The notes under the pieces: model-generated
The model's database searches: none
Told to the model about the DNA's origin: nothing
What the model saw: the letters and a program-made list of their open reading frames with translations, nothing else
Program-made: the position numbers and the translations under genes
In this document: positions 32,496-42,200 of the stretch, piece by piece
Position numbering within the stretch: position 1 is the stretch's first letter
Layout: the number at the start of each line of letters is the position of its first letter
Source of the DNA: a virus
Taxonomy: Duplodnaviria > Caudoviricetes
Length of the DNA stretch: 58,954 nucleotides
Direction: 5' to 3' (one strand)
IMG/VR virus record: IMGVR_UViG_3300045253_000079
Location: 1-58,954 of that record

Positions 32496-35486
32496 ATGAC
32501 CACAGAGCGGCTACTCGCGGCTGTGCTGCCCTCCAGCGGCCACCGCTTCATTCTGGTCACGTTTGGTGAGCAAGGCTCGCCGGACTTCCGACCCGTGCAG
32601 CGATCGTTCCCTCCCGGACAGGAAGCGGACGCGATCAGCTATGCGTACTGGGGCTCGGGCAAGGGCGCGAACGCGTACTTCGCGACCGCCGGCTTCCACG
32701 TGAACCCCGACGAGCCCAACGCCGGCAGGACCGGCGCCAACGCCCACACGCTGCGCTGCCTGCGCGTCGACATCGACTGCGGCGCGGGTAAGCCCTACCC
32801 GGACAAGCGCGCTGGCGTAGCGGCTCTGGGAGCGTTCTGCGAGGCGTACGCCCTGCCCGCACCGTGGATCGTCGACAGCGGCCACGGGCTGCACGCGTAC
32901 TGGCCGTTCGATCAGGACGTGCCGACACAGGTCTGGGCTTCCTACGCGCAGCGCCTTGCAACGGCCTGCCACCTGAACGACTTCCACGTCGACCAGACCA
33001 CCACCGTGGACGCTGCGCGCGTGCTGCGCGTGCCGGGGACGAACAACTACAAGCGCAGCGGCTGCGAGCCGGTGCGGATCCTGCACGAGGGTGTCGCCAC
33101 AGCCCCCGAGCAGCTCATGCTCAAGCTGCCAGCGGGCGAGGCCCCGCTGCTGTTCGCGATCCCGGCCGCGATGCAGGGGCTGGTATTGGCGCAGATGGAG
33201 GAGCCGCACCAGCCGTACTTCCTGCGTGGTGTGCTCACCCAGTGCCCGGGCATGGCAGCGATGGTCAACGACGGCGGCGTGCGTGCCCGCGAGCCGCTGT
33301 GGAAGGCGAGCCTCGACCTGATCTGGAAGTCGGACGACGACGAGGAGTCTAAGTGGCGCGTGGCGCGTGCGGTCAGCGCCGGGCACGCCGGGTTCTCCGA
33401 GGACGCGTTCGCAGCGAAGTGGAACCAGACCCGCAAGCAGGATTACCACCCGCCGACTTGCCGCGTCATGCAGGGCGCTGGCATGCTTGAGTGCGCCGGC
33501 TGCCCGTTTCGTGGCAAGATCAGCTCACCGCTTACCCTCGGACGGGCACAGCCGCCACGGCTGCCGGACGAGGCTCCGCTCCCTCCGCCGGCAGCGTCGG
33601 TCTCCCCACCGACGGGTCTCGCTCCCCCGAGTACCCCGCTGCCGGCGGTGGGTCTCATGCCGATGGTCGGCGTGTTCCGCTCGATAGACGCCACCCGCAT
33701 CGGCGTGATCGACGGCCCGATCACCAAGAAACTCTCGATCGACGGCGGCCAGCCGATGCAGCTGATCACCGTGCCGAACGAGGACGGCACCGAGCGGAAG
33801 TTCCTGCGCCCAATCCTGTGCTACCGGCTGCTCGAAGTGGAGCGCCTGATCGACGTGGTGGGCCAGCGCTCGGTGATCGCGCTGACCATGGACCGCGGAC
33901 TCGACAAGCCGGTACGGGTCGAGTTCACGCACGGGGATCTCTCCGACACGCGCGCCTTCCATACGAAGCTGATGGCGAACAACTTGTACGCCACCCGAAA
34001 AGACTCCAACATCTTCGTGGAGCAATTCATGCCTGAGTTCCTCGCCCAGCTGCAGCGCTCGCGCGCAGCCAACCAGATCGCCGGTCGCTGCGGGTGGACC
34101 GACGACCGCACGGGCTTTGTGCTCGGCAGCAGCCTGATCACCGCTGGGGGCGTCGAGCATGTGCGACCCGGTGGGATCGCCGAGGAGATGCTGGCCTACC
34201 GCAGCGAGGGCGACGAGGCCCTGTGGCGCCGAGCGATGGACATCGTGCTGGCCGGCGGCAGCGACCGGCAGGCGGTGGTGGCGCTGGCGATCGCATCGCC
34301 GCTGATGGTGTTCACCGGGCTCAACGGCGTACTGCTGAACGCGTACTCGCCCGAGTCCGGCATCGGCAAGAGCACGCTCGGCGATGCGTCCCTGTCGATC
34401 TGGGGGAGCCCCGACGACCTGCGCAAGAGTGCGCAGGATACCCAGAACGCCACGTGGAGGATCGCGGGCGTGACCGGTAACATGCCGATGGTCATCGACG
34501 AGTTCACGAACGTCGAGGGGCGGGCACTCTCAGACTTCGTCTACACCGTCACGCAGGGCCGCGAGAAGCACCGGCTGGGGTCGGATGCGAAGCTGCAGGC
34601 GGGCGGCTCGCTGCGCTGGTGTCTTGCCGCGATCACCACCGCGAACAACTCGATCCACGACAAGCTGCAGGCACACCGTGCCGACGCGGTGGCCGAGGCG
34701 ACACGCGTGTTCGACCTACGGCTCACCCCGCTGCACGTGAGCGCCTCAGAGCTCGGTCGGCTCAAGTCCGAGCTGCAGGCGCTCAGGGCTAACTTCGGGT
34801 TCCTCGGCCCCCGCGTGGTGCAGATGTTCCTCTCGAAGCCGCCCGAATATTGGCGCGAGATGGTGAGCCGCAAGATCTCCGAGTGGGACGCCAAGGTCGG
34901 ACAGTCCGCGAGCGACCGGTTCCGGGCCGCCACCGCGGCGCTGATCGAGATCGGGGCGGCGGTCGGAGCGGCGATGGGGCTGCAGTTCGACACCGACCGG
35001 ATCAAGAAACTGGTCGCCAGCGCGTGGCAGCAGCAGCTTGACGAGTTCGAGTCGGAACGACGCAAGCCGATCGACTTCGTGAAAACATACCTTGTCGATT
35101 TCGCGAACGACTTCCAGCTGATGGGCGGCGTGCACGGCGACCTTGCGATGTCATCCACACCGCGTAAGCTGCGCGGCGAGATCCGCGGGCGCAGCGTCGA
35201 CGGGAAGTTCAAGCCGGCGACCGTGATGATCCCGACCGACCTGCTGCGCAAGCACGTGCGAGACACGAAGGGGAACTACAAGTCGTTTCGCGAGTGGATC
35301 AAGACTGCGCAGCTCGACGGGACCGTGACCCGCATCGGCGTGCACAAGTACCTTGAGGGTAGTATTTACCAGATCAGTACCGACATCGTGGAGTTCTCGG
35401 CTGCGGCACTCCTGCACGATGAAGTGATGGAACGTCTCATCCAGCAGCCCAACCCGAATGCCCTTCCTCCGAGGAGTACACCATGA
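32496..35486 (+). CDS. primase-helicase (RepB/AEP-like primase plus DUF927 P-loop domain)
   Basis: VDID, VDSGHGLHAYW, DAARVLRVPGT; Cys cluster; SGIGKST; VIDE. Confidence 0.85.
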   Translation: MTTERLLAAVLPSSGHRFILVTFGEQGSPDFRPVQRSFPPGQEADAISYAYWGSGKGANAYFATAGFHVNPDEPNAGRTGANAHTLRCLRVDIDCGAGKPYPDKRAGVAALGAFCEAYALPAPWIVDSGHGLHAYWPFDQDVPTQVWASYAQRLATACHLNDFHVDQTTTVDAARVLRVPGTNNYKRSGCEPVRILHEGVATAPEQLMLKLPAGEAPLLFAIPAAMQGLVLAQMEEPHQPYFLRGVLTQCPGMAAMVNDGGVRAREPLWKASLDLIWKSDDDEESKWRVARAVSAGHAGFSEDAFAAKWNQTRKQDYHPPTCRVMQGAGMLECAGCPFRGKISSPLTLGRAQPPRLPDEAPLPPPAASVSPPTGLAPPSTPLPAVGLMPMVGVFRSIDATRIGVIDGPITKKLSIDGGQPMQLITVPNEDGTERKFLRPILCYRLLEVERLIDVVGQRSVIALTMDRGLDKPVRVEFTHGDLSDTRAFHTKLMANNLYATRKDSNIFVEQFMPEFLAQLQRSRAANQIAGRCGWTDDRTGFVLGSSLITAGGVEHVRPGGIAEEMLAYRSEGDEALWRRAMDIVLAGGSDRQAVVALAIASPLMVFTGLNGVLLNAYSPESGIGKSTLGDASLSIWGSPDDLRKSAQDTQNATWRIAGVTGNMPMVIDEFTNVEGRALSDFVYTVTQGREKHRLGSDAKLQAGGSLRWCLAAITTANNSIHDKLQAHRADAVAEATRVFDLRLTPLHVSASELGRLKSELQALRANFGFLGPRVVQMFLSKPPEYWREMVSRKISEWDAKVGQSASDRFRAATAALIEIGAAVGAAMGLQFDTDRIKKLVASAWQQQLDEFESERRKPIDFVKTYLVDFANDFQLMGGVHGDLAMSSTPRKLRGEIRGRSVDGKFKPATVMIPTDLLRKHVRDTKGNYKSFREWIKTAQLDGTVTRIGVHKYLEGSIYQISTDIVEFSAAALLHDEVMERLIQQPNPNALPPRSTP

Positions 35487-36160
35487 ATGTTTTTGAACGC
35501 CTGTGGCGCGCAGCGCGTAGCACCCAGCCCAAGCCTGAGGGAGGGGCGGGCATGACGGCGCCATCCACCCAGCGCATATCCGCTGTGACCCCACCACCGC
35601 ACTTCAACGTCGATGACGTCGACGAACCCAGCGAGTTCGGGAACATGGTGGTGTCGTTGTTGTCGCTCGATGTGGACGGTTGGAACTGCAACGTAGAGCT
35701 GAATCACTTCTACCACGAAAAAGTGGGCACGCTGCTCATCACCGAGGACGCTCACGTGCGCCACGCCGGGCTGACTGATATGGGTAGCTACACCGCGAGA
35801 GGTGTGCGCGTGCTGACCGGCTACGATCAGCGCGAGATCCTCGCGCAGATGAAGTACTGGCTGAGCAGCGTGCCGCCAGCAGTGCAGAAGCCGAACCCCG
35901 TACCGCAGCAGGCCCACAAGCAGAGCCTGCCGTCGTTCGTGAGTAGCGGGGCGTCAGGCGGCGGCGGGCACAGCGCAATAGAGATCCTCGACAAGCAAGG
36001 CCAGAACGTTGGTGCTATGCAGGATTACCAGAACCAGATCGCGAGTGCTATGGCGCGTGCAGCGGATCAGCACGTCGCGCAAGTCTATGGCGCCAGTCTC
36101 GCCAGCGCCCACCAAGCCGATGCACTCAAGTACGCAACCATGCCGATTGTCTACAAGTAG
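35483..36160 (+). CDS. hypothetical protein
   Basis: GAGGAG SD; ATGA coupling. Confidence 0.6.
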   Translation: MNVFERLWRAARSTQPKPEGGAGMTAPSTQRISAVTPPPHFNVDDVDEPSEFGNMVVSLLSLDVDGWNCNVELNHFYHEKVGTLLITEDAHVRHAGLTDMGSYTARGVRVLTGYDQREILAQMKYWLSSVPPAVQKPNPVPQQAHKQSLPSFVSSGASGGGGHSAIEILDKQGQNVGAMQDYQNQIASAMARAADQHVAQVYGASLASAHQADALKYATMPIVYK

Positions 36161-36231
36161 TTGAGCCTGCGTGCGGGAGGCGACGTCGTGGAGGCGGCGT
36201 CGCTACACACCCCGCTGCCCCGCGCAGGGGG

Positions 36232-36262
36232 CGCCCCGGGCTAACCCCCCGGGGCGTTTTTT
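36232..36262 (+). terminator. intrinsic terminator where the two arms converge
   Basis: CGCCCCGGG/CCCGGGGCG stem followed by TTTTTT. Confidence 0.8.
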
Positions 36263-39200
36263 ATTCCTGATGCAGGAACCGCTTGACCTCGCGCTCCTGC
36301 CTGCTCTCGATGCCCGCCGCATCCTTCGCCCGGCTCTGCACGGTGGCCGAGAGCGCGCTGCCGCGGATCTGGAACCCGGTCGGCACGGACTGGTTGAAGT
36401 CGTCGATCGCTGCCTTCACCGCGTCGCGGTCTGCACCCTGCGCCGCGCCGTACTGCTTGAGCAGCGTGCCGCGCTCCTGCTGGATCCGCGCGGTGGTGCC
36501 GATGCGCTCGCTGCGCTGCTGCTGCGCCTGCTGCTCGACGGCGGGGGTAAGCCCGAGCACCTTGAGCCCGACGTCGCCCCAGCCCATCTCGCTGGCCGGC
36601 ACGATTGTGTTCCCGTGCTGATCCAGCAGGCCGGTGGTGCTCGCCCGGAACGCGTTCACCACCGAGCGGATACCGCCCGGCAGCGCGTCGCTGGCATGCG
36701 TGTATGGGTTCCCGTCGAACGCGTTGCCGGCGCCCGTTACGATCCGCCGGATGTTCGAGTACGGTGCGCCGCCGGCCATGCTGATCACCCACTTGTCGAG
36801 CGCGGAGCCTGCGTTGTCGCCAGCCTTCACGCCGACGTAGCGCGAGTCGGCCAACGAGGGCCAGCCCACGCGATCGGCGATGTCCACTCCGAACAGCGCC
36901 GGCAGGCCACGCTCGACCACGTTCCCCACCGTGTCGCCGAACACGGAGCGCGCATCCTCGTGGAACTTTTCGTCGCCCGTTTTCCACTTCTTGTCGTCGC
37001 CCTGCTGCTTCGCGCCGCCGCCAGCGATCGTGGCCGCGATGAGTCCAACGCCCAGCTTCGCAGCGACCGCGAATGGCCCCATGCCGCTCACGCCCGCCGC
37101 TGCGCCGTGCGTGCCCATCAGGTACATCAGGGTGCGCCGCCCCTCCTGCCGCTCCTCGGGCGAGTCGCCGTTGAGCGCAAGCGCGGCGTTCTTCACGAAC
37201 AGCGCATACATGCCCTGCGTGAATACCTTGAACTGCAGTGCCACACGTAGGAACGACTTGTTGAACACGACCGGCCGGTTGAACTTGGAGTAGTCGAGCT
37301 GGGTCTCGCCGATCACGGACGATGCGAGGTGGCTCGCCTCGTCGTGCCCCATCGCCTCGCCGCCCCGGCCCTTGAGCTCGCCGAGCGCCATGCGGTAGGT
37401 GGCCAGCGCGGTGACCACGCGGTTCATCGCCTCGGTCTGCTGCGCGAACGCCATGCCCAGCCGGGCGACACCCGTGAACAGGCGCTGCGCCTTGCCGCCG
37501 CGCATGGCGTCTTGGATCGTGTTGAGGAACGAAAAGTCGAGGCGCCCGGTTTCGAGCATGGTGCGCAGCATCTGCTGCTCGCCCTCGCTGGCGCCGAACT
37601 TCCTGATCATCTCCTCGGCGAGCCAGTGCGTGTCGTGGCCTTCGACTTTCTCTCCCTGCAGCCGCTTGATCTCGTTCGTGAAGTCCTGCAGCCCGCGCTT
37701 GGAGAAGTACGGCACGGCGCCCTTGTACGCGTCCTGCACGTACTTCGCAGCCTTAGCCACGCCGATCAGATCACCCTTTGCGTTGCGCATGCCGCCGAGC
37801 ACGGGGGTCGTGATCATGTGTGGCTGCAGCGCGTTCGCGAGGATGTAGCCCGGCGAGAATGCGAGGAACGCCATGGATGACAGATCGGTCATCACGTTCT
37901 GGGCGCGGTTCCACGCGGTCGGCCGCATCATCGCAGCGATCGCATCCTGCTGCTCTTGGATGTTGTTGAGCACCGCGGTAGTCGGCTCGAACGTCTCTTT
38001 CGTGTCGTACATCTGCTGCCATGCTTTCTTTGACTCGGGAGAGTGCACGATGCGGCTGTACATGTGCGCACGGCCGTGGATACGGATCGCATACGCCTTG
38101 AGCATGTCGCGGTCGGCGCCGAGCACGTTCTCACGCGGCAGCAGTGAGCGGCGCGGCGACAGCTCGGGCGAGGCTTCGAGCTGGGCGTCGATCAGCGCCT
38201 GCTGCACCACCGGGTCGATCGCACCCTTCGCCTTGAGCTGCGCGGTGAACTCTTGGATGAACTGCTTGTCGCTCTGTTCGAGCATGTTGTAGTGGTCATC
38301 TTTCGAGAACGGCTGGCCGATCAGCGTGTCGAGCAGGTTGAACGGCACGTCGCCATCCGGGTGCGCCTCGTCGTGCAGTGCGCGGGCCTCTTTCTCCATG
38401 TCCAGATCGTTGACCTCGTACTCCTCCTGCAGCGCCTTGAGCATGTGCTCGCGTGCGTCGCGGGCAGCGCCCGACGAGTCGAAGAACTGCACCATGCGAC
38501 GCTGCATGTTCAGCGCGTAGTCGCCTTTTACAGGCTCGTCGATCTGGATCCGCGCGCCGGGGTTCAGCGCCTTGAGGTCGCGTGCGCGCTGGTCCGCCTC
38601 GGCCCGCGTGTTGAACGACTCGGACACGCCCGGCAGATGCGCGGACACGATCCACCGGCCCTCGCGCATCAGCGGGAAGTAGTCGCCCTTCACCAGTTCG
38701 AGGCTGGCCTGCTTGAGCCGATTCATCGCACGCTCGATCACGGCATCGGTCAGGCCCAGCTCGGCGCCCTTATCCAGCAGGTTCTTCTGCTTGGCCTCGA
38801 TCTCCTTCGTGTGCAGCTCGACGAACCCATCGCGCAGCTTGGTGTAGATGTCCGCCGCGGTCGCGTCTTTGTCCACCAAGCCCTGCCACAGCGTCTGCAG
38901 CTCGGCGTAGCGCTGCCGGTTACGCAGCACGGCCAGATCCCCCAGCCCGGTCTGCAGGTGCATGTTGCCGGGGCCGTCGAACGCTTGGTCGAGCACGATG
39001 CCGTAACGCGTAGCCTTGGCCATCACGGTCATCAGCATCTCGCGCACCTTCGGCGTGAGGTTGCGGGCGCGCTCAATCGCGTTGGCCACGCCGGGGAACT
39101 GGTGCGGCGTACCGTCAGCGTCCAGCACCGCCTCGGACTTGCCGCCGTACAGCACGACGGTGACCAGCTGCGAGGCACGGCGTTCGAGATCGACCCACCG

Positions 39201-42200
39201 GCGCAGCGGCTCGCCGAGCGGGGTGCCTTTGTACAGCGCGACGATCTGGTCCATCGTCGCGAGCTTGAGCCCGACGCGGCGCAGGGAGTCGCCTGCCGGG
39301 GACTCCATGATGGTCCGGCTGACGTTCTTCACCGCTTCCATGCCCGAAGCACGGGCCTTGTCCCAGTTCCCGGTGAGGATGTCGCCGAGCATCGTCTTGG
39401 AGGGCGCAAGGTCGGCTGTGGCGCGGTTGAGAATCGCCTTGGCGGCCTTGGCGCCGGGGATCTCGCGGTTGCCCTCCTCGTCGCGCTTGCCCAGCCAGTC
39501 CAGCGCATGCCCCTCGGGTTCGTGAGGCATCATCTCGTAGGGCGAGGCATTCTTCATCGCCGCCTTCGACTGGAATCGGTTGAGCATGTTGCGCACGGCC
39601 GGGTCCGCCATGTCTTTCCCGGTAATGCCCGACCACATCTTGCGCAGGAAGTCTCCGACGCGGGCGAAATACTTCTCGACCAGCGAGCGTGGTTCTTGCT
39701 CAGTCAACAGGTGGCGGGCGACGTGGTTCGCCAGCCACTCGGAGAAGTGACCGGCGTAGCTCGCATCCATGAACGGGTTGCCGGCCGCCGCCTTCATCAG
39801 GTGGGTGGCGTGCGAGCGGAACATCTCGGTGGGCGAGAGGTGGCCGTGCGCGCTGAGCCACGCGTTGTACGCCCGGATCACTTCCTCCTGCGTGCCGCGG
39901 TCGGAGCGGTTGAAGATTTCGTGCTCGGCGTAGTGGCCGACCTCGTGCGCGAGCGCCTCGATCGCGATCGGGTCGTTGTTGATCCCGTGCCCGGCGATCC
40001 CTTCCCAGTCCACCGCCACCACGTGCCGCAGCTTGCCGTCGACCATCACCTGCGCGTAGTGGCCGTCGGTGTCGCGCGGGAACGCTTCGGGGTACATCTC
40101 GCGCGCGTGCTGCATCGACATCACGTGCAGCGGCCCGGACAGTTTCGTGCCACCGCGTTCGAGCATCTGCAGCCAGCCCTCGACCAGCTTGACCGCTTCG
40201 CGCGGCAGGTCGCCAGCGCCCTTGTAGGACACCGTGCGGGCGCCGTTGCGCTCGACGAGACCCATCTCGGCGGCCGTCTTGGGCGCCAGTGGCGGCTTCG
40301 GCGCGGGCTGCTCCTCGGGCTTCGGGCCGCTGCGCGGCAGCTTGGCGCGTTCCTCGTTGTCGCGCATCGGCATGGCGTGCGCAACTTCGGACGCACCGCG
40401 CATGACCTGCTTGGCCAGCGGCGAGTCCTTGATCGAATTGATCGCGCTGCGCGCCATCTGGTCGAGGTGCTCGTCGGTGAACTCGGCCACCGAGCGCAGG
40501 ACGGCGTGCATCTGGCCGGGCCATGTTTCCTCGTTGGCCATGTGCGGGGAGAACAGCGCGATCATGCGGCGCGCGACTGAGCGGGCTGGCTCGACACCGC
40601 GCGCGAGCTCAGCACGGGCTTGGTCGCGCATCAGGCGGGCGAAGTGGAGAACCTCCTCGGCCAGCAGGGGTAGGCGGATCAGCAGGGACACGGTGGGGCG
40701 GCCGATCGGACGGCCGCGGTTGTCCTTGCCGGCAGCCTCGCGCTCAGCGCGCCGGTCGGCGATCTCCTGCCGCAGGTCGATCGCGTCCTGTGCCGACACC
40801 AGAGAGCGGCCCTCGGCGCTCTGGTCGACGCGCTTGAGGAGTTCTTCCACCGCGCGTTCTTCGTGCACGTCCAGCAGTGTGTGCAGCTGATCGAGCTTGG
40901 TCAGCGTGCTGCTGATCGTCTCGCGGTCGCCGGCCGTGAGCGTGGTGCGCTTGAGCGCGTCCTTGAGCTGCTGGCGCAGGGCTTCGTTGGGGACCTGCAC
41001 GCGCAGGTCCACCGGGTCGCCCGAGTGGCCCTCGCCGGTCTCGACCTTGAGCGTGTCCGGGATCGTCAGGTGCTCGTTGGCCCCGAGCGGGATCTTGGCC
41101 GGGGTCACGCGTGCCGGCGTGGTGAGGTCCACCGCGGGCGCTGCTTTGGACGGACCCTCTACCTTTGCCACCTGCTGCAGCGCTTCGTGCTTCTCGACCT
41201 CGGGCTCCGGGTCGGCCGGTTCCTCGTCGACGATCGGCTTACTTACGGGTGCCGTGGCTTCGGCTGGCGGCGCGGCCGGCTCGGCGCTTGGCGGCTGCGT
41301 TTCGCCCGACTTTTTTTTTTCTTCCTCGGCAGCCTTGGCCTTGTCGATCACCGCTTGGGCTTTCTTGCTGACGGGCACGGCCTTGGCCGGGGTCTCGGTG
41401 ACCCCCGACTTCGCCGTTTCCTTGGCCTTCGCCTTGTCGATCGCCGCTTGACCCTTCGCACCGACGGCTTTCTCACCCTTGGGAGTGACCGGGGTAGCAG
41501 CGGGTGCAGACTTCTCACGCGCAGCTTTCGCCGCGGCGGCCTCGGCAGCGCGTGGATTGGTCGGCAGGGCTGCAGGAGCGGGCGCAGGAGCGTCTACAGC
41601 GATCGGGGCCTGTCCACGGGCAGCCTGAGCTTGCGCACGTCCCTGCGCCTCGCCTGCGGTCATCGGGACGGGGTTGGTGACTGGCGGCGGCGACACGCCG
41701 ACGGGGCGGCCGTCGGGAGTACGGTCGGCAGGGGCTTGCGGGGGCTCGGGTGCGGCCGGGCCGAGCGTACTGGCATCGCCGCCCTTGGCGGTCAGCGGGC
41801 GGCGTACGGACGGGCCGAGCTGCGGCGGGCGAGCCGGCAGCGGCTGCGGGCCGCCGTCGAGCACGTCCTCACGCTGCCCGAAGCGTCCCGGAGGCGCTTG
41901 GTTGAACTGGTCGGCGGCAGCGGCAGCGGCAGGGTCGTGCACTTGGTCCAGCAGCCCTGAGTCTGCCAGCGCCTGCATGAGCGGCGTCTGGGGGTGCTCG
42001 CGCGCAGCTTGCACAACGTCGCGCAGGTTCGCGATCACTTCCTCCGGAGAGTGCAGGCCAGTGATCTGCAGCACGGCAGCCATCGCGTGCGCTTGCGGAG
42101 AGTCTTGCGGGCCGGGGCCGAGCTCGGGGGCGTGGGTTAGCTGTGCTGGCGGCGCCGGGGGTGGGGGCTCCGGGCCGAGCTCGGGAGTGTGCGTGAGCTG

